This document shows, one piece after another, positions 15,001 through 28,800 of a DNA stretch of 64,000 nt. Where the stretch lies: the NCBI GenBank assembly GCA_964057225.1, contig OZ059900.1, forward strand, positions 6,324,001 through 6,388,000, read 5' to 3'. Position numbers and translations under genes: made by a program. A model generated the notes under the pieces. The model saw only the letters and a program-made list of their open reading frames with translations. It was not told the origin of the DNA and made no database searches. The stretch is from Auanema rhodensis. Taxonomy: Eukaryota; Animalia; Nematoda. Numbering within the stretch: the stretch's first letter is position 1; every line of letters starts with the position of its first letter.

Positions 15001-18000
15001 AAAAAAGGTAAATTTTCAAAAACTTATAAGTAGAGAACTGTTAATTATTTTGAGATGAAATTCTCAAAATTGCAAGATGTGATATTAAACTCTACAATAC
15101 TCAAAGATGATCAAACAATAAAGACGGTAATGTAGATTTTGAATTGATTGAAAAAATACAAAAAGTTACAAAAAAAGGTAAATTTTCAAAAACTTATAAG
15201 TAAAGAACTGTTCATTATTTCGAGAAGAAATTCACAAAATTCTAAGATGTGATATTAAACTCTACAATACTCAAAGATGATCAAACAATAAAGACGGTAA
15301 TGTAGATTTCAAATTGATTGAAAAAATACAAAAAGTTACAAAAAAAGGTAAATTTTCAAAAACTTATAAGTAAAGAACTGTTCATTATTTCGAGAAGAAA
15401 TTCACAAAATTCTAAGATGTGATATTAAACTCTACAATACTCAAAGATGATCAAACAATAAAGACGGTAATGTAGATTTCAAATTGATTGAAAAAATACA
15501 AAAAGTTACAAAAAAAGGTAAATTTTCAAAAACTTATAAGTAAAGAACTGTTCATTATTTCGAGAAGAAATTCACAAAATTCTAAGATGTGATATTGAAC
15601 TCTACAATACTCAAAGATGATCAAACAATAAAGACGGTAATGTAGATTTCAAATTGATTGAAAAAATACAAAATTTTACAAAAAAAGGTAAATTTTCAAA
15701 AACTTATAAGTAAAGAACTGTTCATTATTTCGAGAAGAAATTCACAAAATTCTAAGATGTGATATTGAACTCTACAGTACTCAAAGATGATCAAACAATA
15801 AAGACGGTAATGTAGATTTCAAATTGATTGAAAAAATACAAAATTTTACAAAAAAAGGTAAATTTTCAAAAACTTATAAGTAAAGAACTGTTAATTATTT
15901 TGAGATGAATATCTCAAAATTGCAAGATGTGATATTAAACTCTACAAAACTCAAAGATGATCAAACAATAAAGACGGTAATGTAGATTTCAAATTGATTG
16001 AAAAAATACAAAATTTTACAAAAAAAGGTAAATTTTCAAAAACTTATAAGTAAAGAACTGTTAATTATTTTGAGATGAATATCTCAAAATTGCAAGATGT
16101 GATATTAAACTCTACAAAACTCAAAGATGATCAAACAATAAAGACGGTAATGTAGATTTCAAATTGATTGAAAAAATACAAAATTTTACAAAAAAAGGTA
16201 AATTTTCAAAAACTTATAAGTAAAGAACTGTTCATTATTTCGAGAAGAAATTCACAAAATTCTAAGATGTGATATTGAACTCTACAGTACTCAAAGATGA
16301 TCAAACAATAAAGACGGTAATGTAGATTTCAAATTGATTGAAAAAATACAAAATTTTACAAAAAAAGGTAAATTTTCAAAAACTTATAAGTAAAGAACTG
16401 TTAATTATTTTGAGATGAATATCTCAAAATTGCAAGATGTGATATTAAACTCTACAAAACTCAAAGATGATCAAACAATAAAGACGGTAATGTAGATTTC
16501 AAATTGATTGAAAAAATACAAAATTTTACAAAAAAAGGTAAATTTTCAAAAACTTATAAGTAAAGAACTGTTAATTATTTTGAGATGAATATCTCAAAAT
16601 TGCAAGATGTGATATTAAACTCTACAGTACTCAAAGATGATCAAACAATAAAGACGGTAATGTAGATTTCAAATTGATTGAAAAAATACAAAATTTTACA
16701 AAAAAAGGTAAATTTTCAAAAACTTATAAGTAAAGAACTGTTAATTATTTTGAGATGAATATCTCAAAATTGCAAGATGTGATATTAAACTCTACAATAC
16801 TCAAAGATGATCAAACAATAAAGACGTGAATGTAGATTTTGAATTGATTGAAAAAATACAAAAAGTTACAAAAAAAGGTAAATTTTCAAAAACTTATAAG
16901 TAAAGAACTGTTAATTATTTTGAGATGAATATCTCAAAATTGCAAGATGTGATATTAAACTCTACAATACTCAAAGATGATCAAACAATAAAGACGTGAA
17001 TGTAGATTTTGAATTGATTGAAAAAATACAAAAAGTTACAAAAAAAGGTAAATATTCAAAAACTTATAAGTAAAGAACTGTTAATTATTTTGAGATGAAT
17101 ATCTCAAAATTGCAAGATGTGATATTAAACTCTACAATACTCAAAGATGATCAAACAATAAAGACGGTAATGTAGATTTCAAATTGATTGAAAAAATACA
17201 AAAAGTTACAAAAAAAGGTAAATTTTCAAAAACTTATAAGTAGAGAACTGTTAATTATTTTGAGATGAAATTCACAAAATTCTAAGATGTGATATTAAAC
17301 TCTACAATACTCAAAGATGATCAAACAATAAAGACGGTAATGTAGATTTTGAATTGATTGAAAAAATACAAAAAGTTACAAAAAAAGGTAAATTTTCAAA
17401 AACTTATAAGTAGAGAACTGTTAATTATTTTGAGATGAAATTCTCAAAATTGCAAGATGTGATATTAAACTCTACAATACTCAAAGATGATCAAACAATA
17501 AAGACGGTAATGTAGATTTCAAATTGATTGAAAAAATACAAAAAGTTACAAAAAAGGTAAATTTTCAAAAACTTATAAGTAGAGAACTGTTCATTATTTT
17601 GAGATGAAATTCTCAAAATTGCAAGATGTGATATTAAACTCTACAATACTCAAAGATGATCAAACAATAAAGACGGTAATGTAGATTTTGAATTGATTGA
17701 AAAAATACAAAAAGTTACAAAAAAAGGTAAATTTCAAAAACTTATAAGTAAAGAACTGTTCATTATTTCGAGAAGAAATTCACAAAATTCTAAGATGTGA
17801 TATTGAACTCTACAATACTCAAAGATGATCAAACAATAAAGACGGTAATGTAGATTTCAAATTGATTGAAAAAATACAAAATTTTACAAAAAAAGGTAAA
17901 TTTCAAAAACTTATAAGTAAAGAACTGTTCATTATTTCGAGAAGAAATTCACAAAATTCTAAGATGTGATATTAAACTCTACAAAACTCAAAGATGATCA

Positions 18001-21000
18001 AACAATAAAGACGGTAATGTAGATTTCAAATTGATTGAAAAAATACAAAATTTTACAAAAAAAGGTAAATTTTCAAAAACTTATAAGTAAAGAACTGTTC
18101 ATTATTTCGAGAAGAAATTCACAAAATTCTAAGATGTGATATTGAACTCTACAATACTCAAAGATGATCAAACAATAAAGACGGTAATGTAGATTTCAAA
18201 TTGATTGAAAAAATACAAAATTTTACAAAAAAAGGTAAATTTTCAAAAACTTATAAGTAAAGAACTGTTAATTATTTTGAGATGAATATCTCAAAATTGC
18301 AAGATGTGATATTAAACTCTACAGTACTCAAAGATGATCAAACAATAAAGACGGTAATGTAGATTTCAAATTGATTGAAAAAATACAAAATTTTACAAAA
18401 AAAGGTAAATATTCAAAAACTTATAAGTAGAGAACTGTTAATTATTTTGAGATGAAATTCACAAAATTCTAAGATGTGATATTAAACTCTACAATACTCA
18501 AAGATGATCAAACAATAAAGACGGTAATGTAGATTTTGAAATGATTGATTGAAAAATACAAAAAGTTACAAAAAAAGGTAAATTTTCAAAAACTTATAAG
18601 TAGAGAACTGTTCATTATTTTGAGATGAAATTCTCAAAATTGCAAGATGTGATATTAAACTCTACAATACTCAAAGATGATCAAACAATAAAGACGGTAA
18701 TGTAGATTTTGAATTGATTGAAAAAATACAAAAAGTTACAAAAAAAGGTAAATTTTCAAAAACTTATAAGTAGAGAACTGTTCATTATTTTGAGATGAAA
18801 TTCTCAAAATTGCAAGATGTGATATTAAACTCTACAATACTCAAAGATGATCAAACAATAAAGACGGTAATGTAGATTTTGAATTGATTGAAAAAATACA
18901 AAAAGTTACAAAAAAAGGTAAATTTTCAAAAACTTATAAGTAGAGAACTGTTCATTATTTTGAGATGAAATTCTCAAAATTGCAAGATGTGATATTAAAC
19001 TCTACAATACTCAAAGATGATCAAACAATAAAGACGGTAATGTAGATTTTGAATTGATTGAAAAAATACAAAAAGTTACAAAAAAAGGTAAATTTTCAAA
19101 AACTTATAAGTAGAGAACTGTTCATTATTTTGAGATGAAATTCTCAAAATTGCAAGATGTGATATTAAACTCTACAATACTCAAAGATGATCAAACAATA
19201 AAGACGGTAATGTAGATTTGAAATTGATTGAAAAAATACAAAAATTTACAAAAAAAGGTAAATTTTCAAAAACTTATAAGTAGAGAACTGTTCATTATTT
19301 TGAGATGAAATTCTCAAAATTGCAAGATGTGATATTAAACTCTACAATACTCAAAGATGATCAAACAATAAAGACGGTAATGTAGATTTCAAATTGATTG
19401 AAAAAATACAAAAAGTTACAAAAAAAGGTAAATTTTCAAAAACTTATAAGTAGAGAACTGTTCATTATTTTGAGATGAAATTCTCAAAATTGCAAGATGT
19501 GATATTAAACTCTACAATACTCAAAGATGATCAAACAATAAAGACGGTAATGTAGATTTCAAATTGATTGAAAAAATACAAAAAGTTACAAAAAAAGGTA
19601 AATTTTCAAAAACTTATAAGTAGAGAACTGTTCATTATTTTGAGATGAAATTCTCAAAATTGCAAGATGTGATATTAAACTCTACAATACTCAAAGATGA
19701 TCAAACAATAAAGACGGTAATGTAGATTTCAAATTGATTGAAAAAATACAAAAAGTTACAAAAAAAGGTAAATTTTCAAAAACTTATAAGTAGAGAACTG
19801 TTAATTATTTTGAGATGAAATTCTCAAAATTCTAAGATGTGAGATTAAACTCTACAATACTCAAAGAAGATCGAACAATAAAGACGGTAATGTAGATTTC
19901 AAATTGATTGAAAAAATACAAAAAGTTACAAAAAAAGGTAAATTTTCAAAAACTTATAAGTAGAGAACTGTTCATTATTTTGAGATGAAATTCTCAAAAT
20001 TGCAAGATGTGATATTAAACTCTACAATACTCAAAGATGATCAAACAATAAAGACGGTAATGTAGATTTCAAATTGATTGAAAAAATACAAAAAGTTACA
20101 AAAAAAGGTAAATTTTCAAAAACTTATAAGTAGAGAACTGTTCATTATTTTGAGATGAAATTCTCAAAATTGCAAGATGTGATATTAAACTCTACAATAC
20201 TCAAAGATGATCAAACAATAAAGACGGTAATGTAGATTTCAAATTGATTGAAAAAATACAAAAAGTTACAAAAAAAGGTAAATTTTCAAAAACTTATAAG
20301 TAGAGAACTGTTCATTATTTTGAGATGAAATTCTCAAAATTGCAAGATGTGATATTAAACTCTACAATACTCAAAGATGATCAAACAATAAAGACGGTAA
20401 TGTAGATTTCAAATTGATTGAAAAAATACAAAAAGTTACAAAAAAAGGTAAATTTTCAAAAACTTATAAGTAGAGAACTGTTCATTATTTTGAGATGAAA
20501 TTCTCAAAATTGCAAGATGTGATATTAAACTCTACAATACTCAAAGATGATCAAACAATAAAGACGGTAATGTAGATTTCAAATTGATTGAAAAAATACA
20601 AAAAGTTACAAAAAAAGGTAAATTTTCAAAAACTTATAAGTAGAGAACTGTTCATTATTTTGAGATGAAATTCTCAAAATTGCAAGATGTGATATTAAAC
20701 TCTACAATACTCAAAGATGATCAAACAATAAAGACGGTAATGTAGATTTCAAATTGATTGAAAAAATACAAAAAGTTACAAAAAAAGGTAAATTTTCAAA
20801 AACTTATAAGTAGAGAACTGTTCATTATTTTGAGATGAAATTCTCAAAATTGCAAGATGTGATATTAAACTCTACAATACTCAAAGATGATCAAACAATA
20901 AAGACGGTAATGTAGATTTCAAATTGATTGAAAAAATACAAAAAGTTACAAAAAAAGGTAAATTTTCAAAAACTTATAAGTAGAGAACTGTTAATTATTT

Positions 21001-22891
21001 TGAGATGAAATTCTCAAAATTCTAAGATGTGAGATTAAACTCTACAATACTCAAAGATGATCAAACAATAAAGACGGTAATGTAGATTTCAAATTGATTG
21101 AAAAAATACAAAAAGTTACAAAAAAAGGTAAATTTTCAAAAACTTATAAGTAGAGAACTGTTAATTATTTTGAGATGAAATTCTCAAAATTCTAAGATGT
21201 GAGATTAAACTCTACAATACTCAAAGATGATCGAACAATAAAGACGGTAATGTAGATTTCAAATTGATTGAAAAAATACAAAAAGTTACAAAAAAAGGTA
21301 AATTTTCAAAAACTTATAAGTAAAGAACTGTTCATTATTTCGAGAAGAAATTCACAAAATTCTAAGATGTGATATTAAACTCTACAATACTCAAAGATGA
21401 TCAAACAATAAAGACGGTAATGTAGATTTCAAATTGATTGAAAAAATACAAAAAGTTACAAAAAAAGGTAAATTTTCAAAAACTTATAAGTAGAGAACTG
21501 TTCATTATTTTGAGATGAAATTCTCAAAATTGCAAGATGTGATATTAAACTCTACAATACTCAAAGATGATCAAACAATAAAGACGGTAATGTAGATTTC
21601 AAATTGATTGAAAAAATACAAAAAGTTACAAAAAAAGGTAAATTTTCAAAAACTTATAAGTAGAGAACTGTTCATTATTTTGAGATGAAATTCTCAAAAT
21701 TGCAAGATGTGATATTAAACTCTACAATACTCAAAGATGATCAAACAATAAAGACGGTAATGTAGATTTCAAATTGATTGAAAAAATACAAAAAGTTACA
21801 AAAAAAGGTAAATTTTCAAAAACTTATAAGTAGAGAACTGTTAATTATTTTGAGATGAAATTCTCAAAATTCTAAGATGTGAGATTAAACTCTACAATAC
21901 TCAAAGATGATCGAACAATAAAGACGGTAATGTAGATTTCAAATTGATTGAAAAAATACAAAAAGTTACAAAAAAAGGTAAATTTTCAAAAACTTATAAG
22001 TAAAGAACTGTTCATTATTTCGAGAAGAAATTCACAAAATTCTAAGATGTGATATTAAACTCTACAATACTCAAAGATGATCAAACAATAAAGACGGTAA
22101 TGTAGATTTCAAATTGATTGAAAAAATACAAAAAGTTACAAAAAAAGGTAAATTTTCAAAAACTTATAAGTAGAGAACTGTTAATTATTTTGAGATGAAA
22201 TTCTCAAAATTGCAAGATGTGATATTAAACTCTACAATACTCAAGGATGATCAAACAATAAAGACGGTAATGTAGATTTCAAATTGATTGAAAAAATACA
22301 AAAAGTTACAAAAAAAGGTAATTTTTCAAAAACTTATAAGTAAAGAACTGTTCATTATTTCGAGAAGAAATTCTCAAAAATCTAAGATATGATATTAAAC
22401 TCTACAATACTCAAAGATGATCAAACAATAAAGACGGTAATGTAGATTTCAAATTGATTGAAAAAATACAAAAAATTACAAAAAAAGGTAAATTTTCAAA
22501 AACTTATAAGTAGAGAACTGTTAATTATTTTGAGATGAAATTCTCAAAATTCTAAGATGTGAGATTAAACTCTACAATACTCAAAGATGATCAAACAATA
22601 AAGACGGTAATGTAGATTTCAAATTGATTGAAAAAATACAAAAAGTTACAAAAAAAGGTAATTTTTCAAAAACTTATAAGTAAAGAACTGTTCATTATTT
22701 CGAGAAGAAATTCACAAAATTCTAAGATGTGATATTAAACTCTACAATACTCAAAGATGATCAAACAATAAAGACGGTAATGTAGATTTCAAATTGATTG
22801 AAAAAATACAAAAAGTTACAAAAAAAGGTAAATTTTCAAAAACTTATAAGTAAAGAACTGTTCATTATTTCGAGAAGAAATTCACAAAAAT
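1..22891 (+). repeat. 170-bp AT-rich satellite, array 1 (~135 monomers, extends beyond the window start)
   Basis: The unit aatgtagatt...taaagacggt recurs every 170 bp (1, 171, 341, 511...). Variation is confined to a few recurrent sites. The array ends at ...gaaattcacaaaaat before cagcattct. Confidence 0.99.
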
Positions 22892-23208
22892 CAGCATTCT
22901 AACCAACATAAGTTTCGATGTCGTATATAGTCTTAGTATACGAATCAACCACTAAAATGCAATATGCAGATAGAACCTGTTTTCCAATATTCTTACTCCA
23001 TTTATCTTTTTCCTTTTTTTCACCAGTAAGCTCCCTTGGTCTGACCACCTTCTTTTCTCTTCCTCAGTGTGACCGAGCACAATCACACATTAGCCCCAGC
23101 TGAACTAGACGCACGCGACACGCAAACGCGTTGGGCTAGAGTGAAAGGCAGACACGCTTCTGTGTGCAGAGACGCAGAGGAAGGAGAGAAACTGCCAACA
23201 TCACATTC
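22892..23208 (+). repeat. 317-bp direct repeat, copy 1 (polB 5' piece plus GA-rich non-coding segment)
   Basis: Matches 24718-25034 at an offset of 1826 bp. The ORF track shows identical peptides at 22918 and 24744. Confidence 0.97.
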
Positions 23209-24875
23209 CTTTTTTCCCAAAAACACTATTATTCATCAACTTAAAGGAGTCTTTTTCAAAATCACTTTTAGCTTTTTTCCTAAGGTCAGTATTGATATCA
23301 ATATAGCTCGCAAGCCAATTAGATTCATCAAGTTTGAGAATTCTCTTAATCTTTTTCGATTTCATTCCAAGATCTAAAGCTTGTAGCAAATTTTGATAAT
23401 GAACAAGATAATTTGTTTTATCCTCTGAAGTAGAAGGAAATCATTACGCATTTGGTGAATTTCTGTAGGATACTGGAAGTCTACTTCGAATATTCAACCT
23501 TTTCCTTGTCTATTCAGAGTTTCAATGTATTTATGAATCATTATCTTTCTTACTTCATTCATGGAAATATTTAAAATACTAAGTTGTTTTTTACTTTCGG
23601 ATACAATGTTGCTTTGAGTTAAATTCAATTTCATAGCCCAACAATATAAATTGTTTGCATCTAAATACAAAAGGAAGTTTGAACATAGTTTATTATTTAA
23701 ATTCTTCATATATTTACTATTAGCTTTCGTATACGTTTCAACAGCATTCACAATTCAACCTCTAATACCATTTTGAATCATGAAAAACTTCTCAGTATCG
23801 TTAATAGTGTCCAGTTTAACTTTAGTGTATTTTAGCATAGCATCCCAAGATAATTCTGGACTTGTATAATACCAGCAAGGATCTAATTCATAGACATATC
23901 TAGTAACATCCCTAAAGTTCTTAAAATATCTGCCAAAAAGGGGCACATCATTAATCATATATATTCTAGTATAATCTTCTAAACTAGAGCATCCCATTTT
24001 TTTCCAAACTAACTTTGTATACAAGTATTGTTTAGTTGTACATTCATTTCTATTGAGGCTATCATAAAACGAAGAAATACTTGAGAATTCAGTTTCTTCG
24101 TATCTCTCGAATGAGTTAATATATTCATATGGATAAACAACTTTTTTCCTCATAGTGTCGAAGATATCATTACCTTGAGTGGAGTATCAATCTTTTGATA
24201 TATTCATTTGATTATCATCTGAATTTTCTGCAAGTTTATCCAATGAAGATAACATGAAACACATCGAATCTAGAAATCTTACTTCACATGTTTTCCAAAA
24301 ATTTTCTGTCAAAGAAGGTAAATGATAACTAAAACTAATGAATTTCTCTGAGTTAGCAGAAAATTTGACACACCTACATCATTTTTTCTCAGAAACTTAG
24401 TACTCATAGGATCTCCGAGAATGAGATGTGATTCATAGCCTTTTAGGTTGTGAAAGAATACTGGGATAAACTTATTTTTCTTTTTCTTCAAATTACATTC
24501 TCCACATAATGAACTACGATATTCTCCAGTCCAATGATCATGATCTTTCACTTTAGTTGTTTTCATATTGGAAGAGTAAAAAACAACATCACACATAGGA
24601 CAACTTCGGCATGCATAGAATTCTTCCTTTTTTTTGAAGACAAATCTCTACAAGTAATATCTTCAATGCTCATAAGATTTCGAACAATTTCAATAATTGA
24701 TGTATTAAACTTTAATGCAGCATTCTAACCAACATAAGTTTCGATGTCGTATATAGTCTTAGTATACGAATCAACCACTAAAATGCAATATGCAGATAGA
24801 ACCTGTTTTCCAATATTCTTACTCCATTTATCTTTTTCCTTTTTTTCACCAGTAAGCTCCCTTGGTCTGACCACC
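23209..24875 (-). pseudogene. Maverick/Polinton-type protein-primed DNA polymerase B with endonuclease VII-like HNH insertion, decayed and 3'-truncated
   Basis: Colinear minus-strand motifs: SCPMC..KVKDHDHWTGEYR..C..CNL, IPVFFHNLKGYESH, RKKVVYPYEY, LDPCWYYTSPELSWDAMLK, GIRG, YLDANNLYCWAM, IFEVDFQYP, FEKDSFKLMNNSVFGK. Lesions include TAG at 24725-24727, TGA at 23755-23757, frameshifts near 24630 and 24360, and an internal deletion near 23440. It breaks right after NNSVFGK. Confidence 0.92.
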
Positions 24876-25034
24876 TTCTTTTCTCTTCCTCAGTGTGACC
24901 GAGCACAATCACACATTAGCCCCAGCTGAACTAGACGCACGCGACACGCAAACGCGTTGGGCAAGAGTGGAAGGCAGAGACGCTTCTGTGTGCAGAGGCA
25001 CAGAGGAAGGAGAGAAACTGCCTACATCATATTC
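24718..25034 (+). repeat. 317-bp direct repeat, copy 2
   Basis: Matches 22892-23208. The first ~245 bp are identical and the last ~75 bp have about 7 substitutions. Confidence 0.97.
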
Positions 25035-25299
25035 TTCCACCTCATTCTAACCTTTGTGAAGAGAGAAGAAACTTCCTTTTCTTCTGTAGTTCGCATTGAT
25101 TTCGTGATTTCCCATCCGTAATTATCTTTGTTATTCTCTACACAACTTTGAGTTTGTTAACAACTATTCCTATTTTCCCTCTCTCTCGAATTGATCGAAT
25201 ATGTTTCCACAGTGCATATTTGCATGTTGTTTTTATAGAGTGCAAAAGATTCTATAATTTGCATTCAAATTTCAAATTTTGAGAATAGCTGCCGATCCG
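24885..25299 (+). promoter_or_regulatory. Probable upstream/promoter region of the ubiquitin-like gene
   Basis: Non-coding, with GA-rich tracts and AGAGACGC(AG)-like motifs of the kind seen in Caenorhabditis promoters. TTTTGAG at 25277-25283 is one mismatch from the TTTTCAG trans-splice acceptor and lies 16 nt before the ATG. Inference only. Confidence 0.35.
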
Positions 25300-25893
25300 A
25301 TGGAGTTGTTTATTGAGCTGCAAGATCATGAGGATTATGTACATGATGAATTCAAATTAAAATTTGACAGCCAGGTACGCGTTTTCATAAAATTAGCAGT
25401 TATCAAATATAATTTTTTCAGAAAACATTGGATGACTTGGAAGAAAAAATCACTTCGAAATGGAAAATCGAAAGTGTAGATCAAAAACTTTTCAATAAAG
25501 ATGGACAAAAACTTTATGGACGAGGTGCGAAAAGCCTCGAGTTTTATGGATTAAAAGACGGTGACACAGTGATCGTGGTAAGTTTTCAAATTTTTATTTC
25601 TTTAGCACCACTAATGTGAGCCAAAATTGTATTAAAATAAACTTTAATGTGAATAATTTCAGAAGCACGCTAATTTGCCTCACTGGGTGGAGATGACTGC
25701 TTATGCAGAAGAAGCGCTACAAGCAAAATCGGTTAACAACATAGGACGCTTTATTTCCTCTGTCGAAGCGGCTCTTCCATATTTCAAGTTGTTAATATCA
25801 AATAATTTCTTCAAGTTATATCCAAGATTCGTCCCAAAGCTGCGTTCTTTCGAAGGTGACTTTGTGATCAAAGTTGAATGTTACAGAGCTTAA
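25300..25893 (+). CDS. Spliced gene with N-terminal ubiquitin-like domain; exons 25300-25374, 25422-25577, 25663-25893 (153 aa); probably 3'-truncated by the satellite
   Basis: Intron 1 is GTACGC...TTTTTCAG (47 nt) and intron 2 is GTAAGT...ATTTCAG (85 nt). Both are phase 0 and join three ORF-track pieces into MELFIELQ...FDSQ|KTLDDLEEKITSKWKIESVDQKLFNKDGQKL...SLEFYGLKDGDTVIV|KHANLPHW.... The Ubl pattern is T..DL..KI....I....QKL...G..L...L..YG.KDGDTV. The TAA stop lies within satellite-derived sequence. Confidence 0.8.
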
Positions 25894-28800
25894 TATTATA
25901 TCTTGAAATTTTGTGAATTTCATCTTTGAATAATGAGCAGTTCTTTACTTATAAGTTTTTGAAAATTTACCTTTTTTTGTAAATCTTGTATTTTTTCAAT
26001 CAATTCAAAATCTACATTACCGTCTTTATTGTTTGATCATCATTGAGCAGTGTAGAGTTCAATATCATATCTTAGATTTTTGAGAATTTCATCTCAAAAT
26101 AATGAACAGTTCTTTACTTATAAGTTTTTGAAAATTTACCTTTTTTTGTAACTTTTTGTATTTTTTCAATCAATTCAAAATCTACATTCACGTCTTTATT
26201 GTTTGATCATCTTTGAGTATTGTAGAGTTTAATATCACATCTTAGAATTTTGAGAATTTCATCTCAAAATAATTAACAGTTCTTTACTTATAAGTTTTTG
26301 AAAATTTACCTTTTTTTGTAACTTTTTGTATTTTTTCAATCAATTTGAAATCTACATTACCGTCTTTATTGTTTGATCATCTTTGAGTATTGTAGAGTTT
26401 AATATCACATCTTAGAATTTTGAGAATTTCATCTCAAAATAATTAACAGTTCTTTACTTATAAGTTTTTGAAAATTTACCTTTTTTTGTAACTTTTTGTA
26501 TTTTTTCAATCAATTTGAAATCTACATTACCGTCTTTATTGTTTGATCATCTTTGAGTATTGTAGAGTTTAATATCACATCTTAGAATTTTGAGAATTTC
26601 ATCTCAAAATAATTAACAGTTCTTTACTTATAAGTTTTTGAAAATTTACCTTTTTTTGTAACTTTTTGTATTTTTTCAATCAATTTGAAATCTACATTAC
26701 CGTCTTTATTGTTTGATCATCTTTGAGTATTGTAGAGTTTAATATCACATCTTAGAATTTTGAGAATTTCATCTCAAAATAATGAACAGTTCTTTACTTA
26801 TAAGTTTTTGAAAATTTACCTTTTTTTGTAACTTTTTGTATTTTTTCAATCAATTTAAAATCTACATTACCGTCTTTATTGTTTTATCATCTTCGAGTAT
26901 TGTAGATTTTAATATCATATCTTAGAATTTTGAGAATTTCATCTCAAAATAATGAACAGTTCTTTACTTATAAGTTTTTGAAAATTTACCTTTTTTTGTA
27001 AATTTTTGTATTTTTTCAATCAATTTAAAATCTACATTACCGTCTTTATTGTTTTATCATCTTCGAGTATTGTAGATTTTAATATCATATCTTAGAATTT
27101 TGAGAATTTCATCTCAAAATAATGAACAGTTCTTTACTTATAAGTTTTTGAAAATTTACCTTTTTTTGTAACTTTTTGTATTTTTTCAATCAATTTGAAA
27201 TCTACATTAACGTCTTTATTGTTCGATCATCTTTGAGTATTGTAGAGTTCAATATCATATCTTAGAACTTTGTTAATATCATCTTTGAATAATAAACAGT
27301 TCTCTACTTATAAGTTTTTGAAAATTTACCTTTTTTTGTAAATTTTTGTATTTTTTCAATCAATTTAAAATCTACATTACCGTCTTTATTGTTTTATCAT
27401 CTTCGAGTATTGTAGATTTTAATATCATATCTTAGAATTTTGAGAATTTCATCTCAAAATAATGAACAGTTCTTTACTTATAAGTTTTTGAAAATTTACC
27501 TTTTTTTGTAAATTTTTGTATTTTTTCAATCATTTCAAAATCTACATTAACGTCTTTATTGTTCGATCATCTTTGAGTATTGTAGAGTTCAATATCATAT
27601 CTTAGAACTTTGTTAATATCATCTTTGAATAATAAACAGTTCTCTACTTATAAGTTTTTGAAAATTTACCTTTTTTTGTAACTTTTTGTATTTATTCAAT
27701 CAATTTAAAATCTACATTACCGTCTTTATTGTTTTATCATCTTCGAGTATTGTAGATTTTAATATCATATCTTAGAATTTTGAGAATTTCATCTCAAAAT
27801 AATGAACAGTTCTTTACTTATAAGTTTTTGAAAATTTACCTTTTTTTGTAACTTTTTGTATTTTTTCAATCAATTTGAAATCTACATTAACGTCTTTATT
27901 GTTCGATCATCTTTGAGTATTGTAGAGTTCAATATCATATCTTAGAACTTTGTTAATATCATCTTTGAATAATAAACAGTTCTCTACTTTTAAGTTTTTG
28001 AAAATTTACCTTTTTTTGTAAATTTTTGTATTTTTTCAATCAATTTAAAATCTACATTACCGTCTTTATTGTTTTATCATCTTCGAGTATTGTAGATTTT
28101 AATATCATATCTTAGAATTTTGAGAATTTCATCTCAAAATAATGAACAGTTCTTTACTTATAAGTTTTTGAAAATTTACCTTTTTTTGTAAATTTTTGTA
28201 TTTTTTCAATCATTTCAAAATCTACATTACCGTCTTTATTGTTTTATCATCTTCGAGTATTGTAGATTTTAATATCATATCTTAGAATTTTGTTAATATC
28301 ATCTTTGAATAATAAACAGTTCTCTACTTATAAGTTTTTGAAAATTTACCTTTTTTTGTAAATTTTTGTATTTTTTCAATCAATTTAAAATCTACATTAC
28401 CGTCTTTATTGTTTTATCATCTTCGAGTATTGTAGATTTTAATATCATATCTTAGAATTTTGAGAATTTCATCTCAAAATAATGAACAGTTCTTTACTTA
28501 TAAGTTTTTGAAAATTTACCTTTTTTTGTAAATTTTTGTATTTTTTCAATCATTTCAAAATCTACATTAACGTCTTTATTGTTCGATCATCTTTGAGTAT
28601 TGTAGAGTTCAATATCATATCTTAGAACTTTGTTAATATCATCTTTGAATAATAAACAGTTCTCTACTTATAAGTTTTTGAAAATTTACCTTTTTTTGTA
28701 AATTTTTGTATTTTTTCAATCAATTTAAAAACTACATTAACGTCTTTATTGTTCGATCATCTTTAAGTATTGTAGAGTTTAATATCATATCTTAGAACTT

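Noticed and set aside
18531-18560. Small attg duplication and other single-monomer indels
   Set aside because: Isolated slippage or consensus errors; not informative alone.
1-22891. Primate alpha satellite or a defined centromere
   Set aside because: Only the length is similar. No alphoid sequence or CENP-B box was recognised, and the likely host group is holocentric, so centromere function cannot be inferred from sequence.
22918-24929. Plus-strand ORFs 22918-23103, 23069-23377, 24534-24728 and 24744-24929
   Set aside because: Antisense shadows of the polB relic or spans across rearrangement junctions; no recognisable motifs.
22892-25034. 317-bp direct repeats as LTRs of an element carrying polB
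   Set aside because: No TG...CA ends, PBS or PPT, and the repeat itself contains polB coding sequence.
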